15,894 nt of DNA from Candidatus Iainarchaeum sp. (GTDB lineage: Archaea > Iainarchaeota > Iainarchaeia > Iainarchaeales > 0-14-0-20-30-16), in contig CAIWXP010000176.1 in assembly GCA_903916665.1 (NCBI GenBank), forward strand, positions 1 through 15,894, written 5' to 3'. A program made the position numbers and the translations under genes. Positions within the stretch are counted from its first letter, which is position 1; every line of letters begins with the position of its first letter. The notes beneath the pieces were generated by a model, which did not search any database, was not told the origin of the DNA, and was given only the letters and a program-made list of their open reading frames with translations. This document shows positions 1 to 7,737 of this stretch, one piece after another.

Positions 1-294
1 AACGGAATGGCAACATTTATTCCTGTCTATGAAGGAACCTATAAATTAGCTGTTCCCTATGAAGGTAAGAATCTTTCCGGTGAATTTGATGTTATTGCTG
101 GATATACTAGTAATAATAGTGATTTTGTTGAAATAGTAAGTAGTGATAAAACAGCTGGAATGAGCACAGCAACAAAAACAACATTGATTGTTGGTGCAGT
201 AATAATTGGATTAATAGGATTTGCAATTTTATTATATTTTTTGATAGTTAGGCCAAAGAATCCTTTGCAATACGAATTTAAGCCAATTAATTAA
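1..294 (+). CDS. 3' end of an ORF cut by the window edge: C-terminal fragment of a probable surface protein (beta-strand-rich tail, S/T linker, C-terminal TM anchor)
   Basis: The frame is open from base 1 (N-G precedes the listed Met at 7), and the stop is TAA at 292-294. 'GTYKLAVPYEGKNLSGEFDVIAG' resembles the end of the beta-sandwich modules in the downstream giant proteins. It is followed by 'SSDKTAGMSTATKTT' and a hydrophobic helix 'LIVGAVIIGLIGFAILLYFLIV', then 'RPKNP'. Confidence 0.55.
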   Translation, partial: NGMATFIPVYEGTYKLAVPYEGKNLSGEFDVIAGYTSNNSDFVEIVSSDKTAGMSTATKTTLIVGAVIIGLIGFAILLYFLIVRPKNPLQYEFKPIN

Positions 295-647
295 TTCCAA
301 TCCAATTGGTCATTTAATTTTATCCTTTTGTCATAGTCCTTTGGTAATTCAATTAGGTAGTTACAATTTTTCTTAGGAATATACAACGGACAATAGGGTT
401 TCAATACTTTTTTGTCAACCACTATCTTTTCATTGTTTAAAAAAACAGCACAGATGGGAAAATGAACAAAAAACATATGAATTGAGTTTAAAAACCTAGA
501 ATTTTGACCAAAATAAAACACTAGGCCATAGTTGAAGTTCTTGGGCTTTTCAAACATTAGCCCCCTAGTTTGTTCCTTTAAACTACGAGCATGCCTGATT
601 TCTATAGAATATTTCTTTTTGCTTTCTCCACAACCTACGATTAACAT
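291..647 (-). CDS. DUF192 (COG1430) family protein, function unknown
   Basis: 118-aa ORF. By eye it matches the DUF192 pattern: 'A(R)SxxExxRGLMF' then 'GLVFxF', a hydrophobic core 'HMFFVHFPICAVFLN', 'KIVVDKKVLKP', and 'NYLIELPKDY...IKLNDQL'. No in-frame start exists upstream of ATG 645-647 before the stop at 780-782. Its stop overlaps the stop of the convergent ORF at 291-294. Confidence 0.8.
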   Translation of the reverse strand: MLIVGCGESKKKYSIEIRHARSLKEQTRGLMFEKPKNFNYGLVFYFGQNSRFLNSIHMFFVHFPICAVFLNNEKIVVDKKVLKPYCPLYIPKKNCNYLIELPKDYDKRIKLNDQLDWN

Positions 648-668
648 AGAGAAATAAAAAACAGAATG

Positions 669-676
669 TTTATAAA
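669..676 (-). promoter_or_regulatory. Candidate archaeal TATA box for the DUF192 gene (would give a leaderless or near-leaderless mRNA)
   Basis: The palindromic TTTATAAA at 669-676 lies 22-29 nt upstream of the minus-strand ATG at 647. That spacing fits archaeal TATA-to-TSS distance. AT-rich background makes chance matches likely. Confidence 0.3.
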
Positions 677-741
677 TGTACTCTACATTATTTATGAGTT
701 TATATTTATATATAAATAAAAGCGAAATTAATCCTTTGAGT

Positions 742-758
742 AAAAGGTTTATATATTT
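742..758 (+). promoter_or_regulatory. Candidate BRE + TATA box for the giant-gene operon
   Basis: Purine-rich 'AAAAGG' (742-747) is immediately followed by 'TTTATATATTT' (748-758), about 45-50 nt upstream of ATG 801. A second TATA-like 'CTATATATAG' at 766-775 would give a leaderless transcript. These are sequence pattern matches only. Confidence 0.35.
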
Positions 759-800
759 AATGCATCTATATATAGATAATTAGGGTAGTGGGGCATCATT

Positions 801-3800
801 ATGGGTTTGTCAGATTTATATTACAAACTAGAGGAAAAATATTATACTAGCTTAGACTGGTTTGATTCAAAAGGCATACATGTTTTTTATAAAATTGATG
901 AGTGGCTACAAAGCAAAAATATACCCTCATTTCCTGTTGTAACTATTTTTAATATATTACTTTTAGCAGTAATTGTATTATTGATATTGTATTTCACAGG
1001 AGTATTTGGTACTAATTATGTTAATGTTACAATGCAATTTGTTGATGTTACAAATAATGCCTCTGTATCAGCATTGCCAGTTTCATTAAGTTTTGATAAT
1101 GGTTCACAGGTTGGAACAACCAATGATACTGGAACATTGGAAGTGTCTTTGCCCAAGGATGCTTTGGTTCAAGTAACAATAGAATCAGATAAATATATGT
1201 TAGATAAAACTAGTTTTTCAGCAACTGATGGTGTACCAATTAAATTTGAATTAAGTGATAAAAGTAATTTGTTAGGAAATAAATTATTAAAATTATTTTC
1301 TGATTTAGATAATAAAGTATTGTTTTCAGGAAGTGTTGATGTTGATTTGACATGTAGTGGAGATGCTAATTATATAAAAAAGAAAACTGTTGTTGATGGT
1401 ACATTGGATTTGTCAGATTTACCAGATGATTGTGGTAATTTAACAGTTACTTCCTATGATCCTGAAATTTCAAAAACAATTGCAGTTACAAAAGATAGTT
1501 TAGAATTAGCAATTGATGCAAAACAAGTAACTGGAACATTAAGAGTAATAGTTCAAGATGATTCTAATAATGTATTACAAAATATGGCAGTAAGTGTTTA
1601 TTCTCAAGATTCTGTTTTGAAAGGTTCTCAAACAACAGCAGAAACTGGATTAACCGAATTTAAATTAAATTTAGGAAACTATTATGTTAGCGTTTCTGAT
1701 TCAGGTTCTGGAGAATATTCTTTTATTTCAACAAAAGATTTAAATGATTCTAGTTGTAATGATCAAATAACTGAAGCAACTCCAATTGTTTGTACTGTAA
1801 CAATGCAAAAATTAAATATTGGAAAAATAAATTTAAAAATATTAGATATTTCTGGTAAACCAGTTAGCACTGCAATAGTAGAAGTGTATAAAGGAGATTT
1901 AGAATTATTTAATGATACTTTACAACAGGATTCAAATGGATTATTTGTAAGAGGCGTTGCAGAACAAGGTCCCTACAGAATAGTTGTTGATGCTCCTCAA
2001 TATATGATTTATGATAACCCAAGTGTAATGATTTCTGATACCCCACAATCAATTACATTGGAACCAGTAAAAAGTTCACCAGTACTAAGTGTTTATGTTA
2101 CTGCAAATGATGATGTTGTTGCAAACGCAACTGTTCAATTATTTAAAGAAGGTAATTTATTATTAACAAAAACAACTGGTGCAGATGGTATTGCTTTTTT
2201 TGATAGATTAGAAACTGGAAAAGTATATAATGTTAAAGTTGTAAAAGGTGAATATTCAACAACATCTAATACAATTTCTTTAGATGCAAGACAACAAAAT
2301 AAATTAGAAGTTAAAATGGTTATTGGAAAAGGAAATGTTGATGTTGTAGTTTTAAATAAAAATGAAGAACCAGTTTTAGCAAGTGTTGAATTATTTAATG
2401 TCTATGATGATAAATCTTTGGGAACTGCAAATCAAACAGATTCAACAGGTACAGCACATTTTTATGGTATAGGTGCCGATAAAACTGTTTATGCAAAAAT
2501 TATAACAGATGCAGGAACAAGTTATAGTTTATCAAGTGATGTAATTGCAAGTCAAACTATAACATTGAATGCATATAGTATTGATGATTCAACAACATTA
2601 AATATGGAATTAGTTGGAGTTTACAATGGTGATGGTTCACAAATAAGTACATTACCCTATAATGTTGTTCCTAGTGGAGAATATTATGCAATGTTTTTAT
2701 TGCAAGTACCAAAAGGAAAATCATTTAACTCAGGAAATATATTTTTTGTTGGAGATGGAAAAACTCAAGCAGAATCAAGTATATTAATTAAAAGCACAGA
2801 AGTTTTGAATGGTCAAGAAACAAAAGGATTAACCTATACTGCTCCTTTGGGATATGCAGAAGATATGTTAAATAAAACTTCAGATAATGGTCTATGGAGT
2901 TCAGTAAATTTATCAAAAATAAATTCTGGATCAAGCTTAGTTAAAGTTGATTTTATTGTAAGTGGCGAACCTAAAAATGATTTATTTAAATTAGGATATA
3001 GAGCTAGTTTGAAAAGTGGAAGTTCAATAGTTAGAACACCAGTAGATAATATTTTGGGACAAAATGAAAGTGTTTCAGAAAAATTAGGATTCTATGCAGA
3101 AACAAGTGGATTATCATTTAAATCTGGAGATGCTATTTGTTCAGATATTGCCTGTGTTGAATTAACTGCTTTAGATTCAACTGGCTATACAACAAAATTA
3201 GGTCAAGATGCAGTATTATATTCTCAATTTAATACTGATACTGTTTTAAAATTCAAAATAGTTTCAGCAACAAAAACAGCATTAACAAATTTAAAATTAA
3301 ATATTGAATCAAAGAATTTAGGATTAAATATTTCTAATGTTAGTGTTAATGGAAAAGAATTAACAGGAAAAGGAAAATATACTTTAAATGTAGATAGTTT
3401 TAGTTCTGCTAATGGTATTTTAGGTAACATTGGTTTTACAACTGAAAAAGAAGGAGATACATTATTAACAATAACTTTATCTTCTGACAAAGAAGTTTTA
3501 TTTTCAAAAGAAATAAAAGTTAGTGTAAATAGTCCAAATAATTTAATTGTAGAATATTTGCCCACTACTATTATACCCTATGTTTTGAATTTAGGTGCAG
3601 TAGTTGTTAGTGATGCAAATGAAAAAATGCCAATTAGCGATATTTTAGTAAATGTTTATTTGAATGATAATTTAGTAACTTCTGGAAAAACAGATGGTGA
3701 CGGAACATTACCTGTTCAATTGGATAAACCAAATGCTGGTGATGTATTAAAAATTGTTGCTACTGGTCCAGGATATAATAGTGTAACAACAACAACAAAA

Positions 3801-6800
3801 ATAACCGAAAATATTTTAGTACCAAACAAACCAGAAATAGTAATTAATGTTGATAAAACAGAAAAAGAATTAGTAACAACAGATATTTCTTTAGCAACAC
3901 ATTTATTATCTAAATTGAAAATTAAAAAAGTAAGTTTTTCAACAAATAATTTTTCTGAATTTATAGATGTAAAAACAAGTATTTTACAAAACACAGAAAT
4001 TGATAGAAATATAGATGTCAATATTAGTGCACAATTAACTGATTTAGGAAAATCATTATTGGAACCAAAATCATTTAACACAAATTTAGAATTGGTTGTT
4101 AGATCCGATGAATTAGATAGACAATGGACTGTTGAAATTCCAATACAAATTTATATTAGAATGTTTGATTCCATTGATACATTAAATTGTTTACAATTAT
4201 TAGGTGATCAAAATGGAACATCTAGTTTTAAAATTGTAAATAATTGTATGTATCAAAATTCACCAATACAATTATACAATCCAACAATATTTGTTGAATG
4301 GGATGGAACTCCTTTAGGTGATTATTCTTATAATAATGATAAAATAACTGAAGATGGATTATTATTAAATAAAGAATTAAAACCTAAAACAACAACATTT
4401 TCTTTGGCCTTTACAAATAGTACAAGTATTGCTTCTGGTCAATCAAAAGTAAATATGACTTTGAAAGCCTATTTCCCAACAGAAACTGGTTTGCAAGAAT
4501 TAACTGCAAGCAAAGAGGGAGTAGTAACAGTAAGCGATTTGAAAAAATGTTTATTTATTATTGATCCAAATGGTAATCCATTAAACGCAGACACTGTTTT
4601 AATGAATCCAATAACTTTAGGAGTAGCTCAACAAACTTTGGGTGGTGGATTATTAGGTGGATTATATGGTGCACAATTAACTGCTTCAAATGGTTCTGCA
4701 TTGGGATCTCAATATGGGGGCGGCGCAACCTATTATCAAGCAGGTGCAGGTGGCACAACCAATAACTTTGATGCTGTTTTACATACAACAAGTGCTCAAG
4801 ATCCTAGTTTACTTTGGAGCGGATTACAATCACAGGCAACTGCAACTCCGGGCTATGGCACAACAGCAAGTAGTAGTACTACATCAACAGCAAATAATGG
4901 CTTTGATTCTTTAATTAGAACAGATTCATATAATTATAATATAGAAGATAATAGTAATACAATATTATTTGATGTTTATCCTTATACTCAAACTCCTGCT
5001 ATGGTAGGTGGATTAAGTACAGGTTTAACTCAACAACAATTAATGCAACAACAATTAATGTATGGTGGCCAACAAAGTCTTTATGGTGCTGGACAATATG
5101 GTGCACAACAAGCAGGTATGCTTTTACCATCAATAAACCAAATCACATTTTGGAATAAATGTAATGAACCTGTTGATATAGAAATAAGATCAGTACCTCA
5201 ATTATTTGTAAGTCCAAATACAATTTCAATTCCAGGAAATAATGCAAAGAGCCAAGTAAATATTATGTCAACTTCTTTACCAGGTAATTATCAAGTAACT
5301 GTTTTGGCAGGAACTCAGGGTAATATTTTACCTTTGATGACCATACCAGTAAATGTAATTGACTACGCTTCAAATACTGCAACGGATGATTGTTTCAAAT
5401 TATCTGATGAGCCAGTAATTAACATGAGCGATGTTTGGAAAAGAAATAAAATGATAAAAGTTTACAATTATTGTTATTCAAAAGGAGTAATTTTTGATGA
5501 TGCAACTCCTATTGCATTGCATAACTTATATTCAAGACAACCGGTTGTTGCAAAAGCAAAGGTTGGAGATTTAAATGATTTACGTATTGAACAAAATACA
5601 CCCTACGTTCAAGCAGTTGCATTGGGAGTACCAAATGTTCAAAGCAGTGCAACCTATGGTCAATACCAAGAATTAACTGTAATGTTAGAAAAAGATCCAA
5701 CAATACAAAGATTAGCAACAGAAAATCTTTCAAGAAATAATTCTGCTGGTGATTGGGTAAGTACAATAAGTTCAGTAAGATCTTCATTGGCTGATATTTA
5801 TAATAATGTTGAATTCCCTGCAATATTTGTAATCAATGCAAGAATTGGTTATGGTGCAGCAGGAATTAGAAAGAGTGTACAAAGATTAGTAACAGTAAGA
5901 GATATGTGGAATTTATTGGGTGCTGTTGATTTATATGAAAACCTAATTGGTGGAGATAAATCCTGTGTACCTAGTGATAAGTTAACTGATAAAGATAAAA
6001 ATAATAAATTCACTAGTTGGACTCCAAATATTGAAGTAACTAATGGTGAAATCTACACTTTGAAATGTAGTGATTTTAAACAATCAGAAATTAGAGTACC
6101 TTCAAGTGATTCTTTTACATTATTGAAAAAACCTTGTTTTGGAAAAGGAGATAGTGTAAAATTCAAAGATGATAAAATAAAAGCAACTGATAAAATAAAT
6201 GGAACAGATATTGAATTAGAAATAACACCTAATTTCGATTCTGGAAATATTTATTTTACAGTAAAACCAAAAACTAGTTTACCAAAAGGAACATCTGGCA
6301 CTATTGAAGTACCTGTAAATTATACTGTTCAATCATATTATCATAGTGATGCAGGTTATGATGCATTAAATAGAAAATATACTTTGAAATTAAAATTAGA
6401 TTTAGATTGTACAATTGATGGGTCAACAGCAACAACACCTGCAGATACTACAAAAGTATTATCAAAGGAAGATAGTTGGTGTGTTACAAACTTTGGTGAT
6501 AATTGGTATTCATTAAACACCTATGGATTTGGTGACTATAACAATTTATCATTGGGAAATATGTTAGCCTATAATTATCCAACAAGTAAAGCAACAGCAA
6601 AAGATTGTACAAAATACTTTTGTGATGCAGAACAATTAAAATTATTTTTAGATGGTAAATTTTCTGGATTAGGTTTTACAATAGCAACTACTCCTGTTGT
6701 ATTTAAAGATAAAAATTTAGTAACATTTGTTAGTCCTAGTACAAGAGGATTTGATCTATTACAATTAACTCCAAATGATGTATTAGATCCATTAAGTAAA

Positions 6801-7724
6801 TTTTTCTTAGATAGAGATTTAAGAACATTTGTTGATACAAATTCTGGATTGGCAGAATTTAAAAAATTAGTTGCAAACATGCCAGACTTATATTTGAAAG
6901 TAATTAATTTTAAATGTAATTCTGATGCAAATAATAATGTTGCATTTGAAGATAGTAATAATTGTTATTACAATGCAAAAATGTTATCTGAACATGTTAA
7001 AGCAGAACAAATAATGAGATCAGATTTAAACAAACCCTATGAGATTGTATTCTTAGTAGATTCAAAAACAACTCCTGGATTGGTATTGTTTAATGGTTCA
7101 TATTCTGGAAAGGGTACAATAAATAAAGTTTATTTGAAACCCGATGATTATAATAGAGTATTTAATACTGGTTTCTTAAGTTATAATGCAGAATTATTGC
7201 AAGCAACAAAAATAACAAAACCTGGTGCATATGTTGCAATAAGTTTAGAATTAGGTCCAAGCGGAAAGAAATTAATTTTATATCCTGGAAACTATTATTT
7301 AGGATCATCGGAAGATACAGTAAAAACATTGGATAAATTATTTTATAATTTACCAGTTGATCCTAGTGAAAGACCAAGCTATGCCGGACAATATGGTTTA
7401 TGTATTTCTACTGGGCAATTAAAAGTAGATGATAAAACAATATCAAGTAATTCCTGTGGATCAACTGAATTTGCAAAAGCAAAGACAGAAATATCTACTG
7501 ATAATTATTTGAGCATTGTTGGAACAAATGATTTGAAAAATTTAATAATTAAATATCCTAAATGTGATACTTCTGGTTGTGAAGTAACAATTAAAGATAA
7601 TAAAAAAGTTACAGTTCCAAAAGAAGGATATTTATTAAATGCAATATTTGATAAATCTAATGAATATTGTTATAAAGAAGAATCGAATACAATTAATATT
7701 AAATATTCTGGTGTAAAGAATTAA
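801..7724 (+). CDS. Giant (2307 aa) N-terminally anchored surface protein P1: conserved cytoplasmic N-module + TM, ~6 tandem beta-sandwich modules, Cys-pair modules, low-complexity G/Q/Y insert, P3-like C-terminal module
   Basis: Uninterrupted 6.9-kb ORF in an AT-rich sequence where stop codons are frequent. The single TM 'VVTIFNILLLAVIVLLILYF' lies after ~45 polar residues. Repeated ~85-95-aa units have the carboxypeptidase-regulatory-like pattern, for example 'GTLRVIVQDDSNNVLQNMAVSVY...TAETGLTEFKL..GNYYVSVS'. N-x-S/T sequons are dense (NVT, NAS, NGS, NDT within ~40 aa after the TM). Cysteines occur in pairs. Confidence 0.93.
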   Translation: MGLSDLYYKLEEKYYTSLDWFDSKGIHVFYKIDEWLQSKNIPSFPVVTIFNILLLAVIVLLILYFTGVFGTNYVNVTMQFVDVTNNASVSALPVSLSFDNGSQVGTTNDTGTLEVSLPKDALVQVTIESDKYMLDKTSFSATDGVPIKFELSDKSNLLGNKLLKLFSDLDNKVLFSGSVDVDLTCSGDANYIKKKTVVDGTLDLSDLPDDCGNLTVTSYDPEISKTIAVTKDSLELAIDAKQVTGTLRVIVQDDSNNVLQNMAVSVYSQDSVLKGSQTTAETGLTEFKLNLGNYYVSVSDSGSGEYSFISTKDLNDSSCNDQITEATPIVCTVTMQKLNIGKINLKILDISGKPVSTAIVEVYKGDLELFNDTLQQDSNGLFVRGVAEQGPYRIVVDAPQYMIYDNPSVMISDTPQSITLEPVKSSPVLSVYVTANDDVVANATVQLFKEGNLLLTKTTGADGIAFFDRLETGKVYNVKVVKGEYSTTSNTISLDARQQNKLEVKMVIGKGNVDVVVLNKNEEPVLASVELFNVYDDKSLGTANQTDSTGTAHFYGIGADKTVYAKIITDAGTSYSLSSDVIASQTITLNAYSIDDSTTLNMELVGVYNGDGSQISTLPYNVVPSGEYYAMFLLQVPKGKSFNSGNIFFVGDGKTQAESSILIKSTEVLNGQETKGLTYTAPLGYAEDMLNKTSDNGLWSSVNLSKINSGSSLVKVDFIVSGEPKNDLFKLGYRASLKSGSSIVRTPVDNILGQNESVSEKLGFYAETSGLSFKSGDAICSDIACVELTALDSTGYTTKLGQDAVLYSQFNTDTVLKFKIVSATKTALTNLKLNIESKNLGLNISNVSVNGKELTGKGKYTLNVDSFSSANGILGNIGFTTEKEGDTLLTITLSSDKEVLFSKEIKVSVNSPNNLIVEYLPTTIIPYVLNLGAVVVSDANEKMPISDILVNVYLNDNLVTSGKTDGDGTLPVQLDKPNAGDVLKIVATGPGYNSVTTTTKITENILVPNKPEIVINVDKTEKELVTTDISLATHLLSKLKIKKVSFSTNNFSEFIDVKTSILQNTEIDRNIDVNISAQLTDLGKSLLEPKSFNTNLELVVRSDELDRQWTVEIPIQIYIRMFDSIDTLNCLQLLGDQNGTSSFKIVNNCMYQNSPIQLYNPTIFVEWDGTPLGDYSYNNDKITEDGLLLNKELKPKTTTFSLAFTNSTSIASGQSKVNMTLKAYFPTETGLQELTASKEGVVTVSDLKKCLFIIDPNGNPLNADTVLMNPITLGVAQQTLGGGLLGGLYGAQLTASNGSALGSQYGGGATYYQAGAGGTTNNFDAVLHTTSAQDPSLLWSGLQSQATATPGYGTTASSSTTSTANNGFDSLIRTDSYNYNIEDNSNTILFDVYPYTQTPAMVGGLSTGLTQQQLMQQQLMYGGQQSLYGAGQYGAQQAGMLLPSINQITFWNKCNEPVDIEIRSVPQLFVSPNTISIPGNNAKSQVNIMSTSLPGNYQVTVLAGTQGNILPLMTIPVNVIDYASNTATDDCFKLSDEPVINMSDVWKRNKMIKVYNYCYSKGVIFDDATPIALHNLYSRQPVVAKAKVGDLNDLRIEQNTPYVQAVALGVPNVQSSATYGQYQELTVMLEKDPTIQRLATENLSRNNSAGDWVSTISSVRSSLADIYNNVEFPAIFVINARIGYGAAGIRKSVQRLVTVRDMWNLLGAVDLYENLIGGDKSCVPSDKLTDKDKNNKFTSWTPNIEVTNGEIYTLKCSDFKQSEIRVPSSDSFTLLKKPCFGKGDSVKFKDDKIKATDKINGTDIELEITPNFDSGNIYFTVKPKTSLPKGTSGTIEVPVNYTVQSYYHSDAGYDALNRKYTLKLKLDLDCTIDGSTATTPADTTKVLSKEDSWCVTNFGDNWYSLNTYGFGDYNNLSLGNMLAYNYPTSKATAKDCTKYFCDAEQLKLFLDGKFSGLGFTIATTPVVFKDKNLVTFVSPSTRGFDLLQLTPNDVLDPLSKFFLDRDLRTFVDTNSGLAEFKKLVANMPDLYLKVINFKCNSDANNNVAFEDSNNCYYNAKMLSEHVKAEQIMRSDLNKPYEIVFLVDSKTTPGLVLFNGSYSGKGTINKVYLKPDDYNRVFNTGFLSYNAELLQATKITKPGAYVAISLELGPSGKKLILYPGNYYLGSSEDTVKTLDKLFYNLPVDPSERPSYAGQYGLCISTGQLKVDDKTISSNSCGSTEFAKAKTEISTDNYLSIVGTNDLKNLIIKYPKCDTSGCEVTIKDNKKVTVPKEGYLLNAIFDKSNEYCYKEESNTINIKYSGVKN
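1020..2585 (+). repeat. Protein-level tandem array of ~6 divergent beta-sandwich (CarboxypepD_reg/PEGA-like) modules in P1
   Basis: The recurring pattern is: hydrophobic strand, D/N, 'xxxPVxxAxVxL/V', 'T(T)DxxGxxxF', 'GxYxVxV', then a final strand. Examples are 'KILDISGKPVSTAIVEVYKGD...DSNGLFV...GPYRIVVDAPQY' and 'VYVTANDDVVANATVQLFKEG...TGADGIAFF..LETGKYNVKVVKGEY'. The repeats are too divergent to see at nucleotide level. Confidence 0.6.
4621..5120 (+). other. Low-complexity G/Q/Y/S/T-rich (probably disordered) insertion inside P1
   Basis: The translation is 'GVAQQTLGGGLLGGLYGAQLTASNGSALGSQYGGGATYYQAGAGGTT ... ATATPGYGTTASSSTTSTANNG ... GGLSTGLTQQQLMQQQLMYGGQQSLYGAGQYGAQQAGM'. Local G+C is visibly higher than the flanks. 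The paralog P2 has no counterpart at the equivalent position. Confidence 0.8.
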
Positions 7725-7737
7725 AGTGGTGGATATA

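Noticed and set aside
175-294. Possible PGF-CTERM/archaeosortase sorting signal at the C-terminus of the first ORF
   Set aside because: It does have an S/T linker, a TM helix and basic residues. However, it lacks the PGF (or PEF/VPXXXP) motif, and ~17 residues follow the TM. I therefore report it only as a generic C-terminal anchor.
626-647. Lipobox-like 'IVGC' at residues 3-6 of the DUF192 protein
   Set aside because: Only two residues precede it, so there is no n-region or h-region for a lipoprotein signal peptide. No upstream in-frame start exists before the stop at 780-782.
801-1010. Class III (type IV pilin/archaellin-like) signal peptide at the N-termini of P1 and P2
   Set aside because: The hydrophobic helix is preceded by ~45 conserved residues, not a short basic n-region. 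There is also no [KR]-[GA] cleavage motif directly before the helix (the sequences are '...KNIPSFP' and '...DKVVPSF').
3224-4081. Antisense ORFs 3224-3565 (-) and 3716-4081 (-) inside P1
   Set aside because: Both lie entirely within the 6.9-kb P1 reading frame on the opposite strand. Their translations are low-complexity (F/L/N/K/S-rich), as expected from the complement of AT-rich coding DNA, and I see no start context or recognisable motif. They are shadow ORFs.
4558-4914. ORFs 4558-4791 (-) and 4690-4914 (+, alternative frame) overlapping the P1 low-complexity region
   Set aside because: They coincide exactly with the locally GC-richer G/Q/A-codon stretch, where stop codons become rare in all frames. 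Their translations (H/L/Q-rich) have no protein-like features. They are an artefact of composition.
5509-6880. Antisense ORFs 5509-5823 (-) and 6575-6880 (-) inside P1
   Set aside because: They are embedded antisense to a long ORF whose coding status is supported by paralogy with P2 and P3. No independent evidence supports them.
7726-7737. GTG at 7726 as the P2 start (as in the ORF track)
   Set aside because: The ATG at 7738 makes the N-terminus align exactly with the P1 'MG[LI]xD[LI]YYKLE'. It also converts the GTGGTGGA sequence into a well-spaced RBS, so the extra 'MVDI' is probably untranslated.
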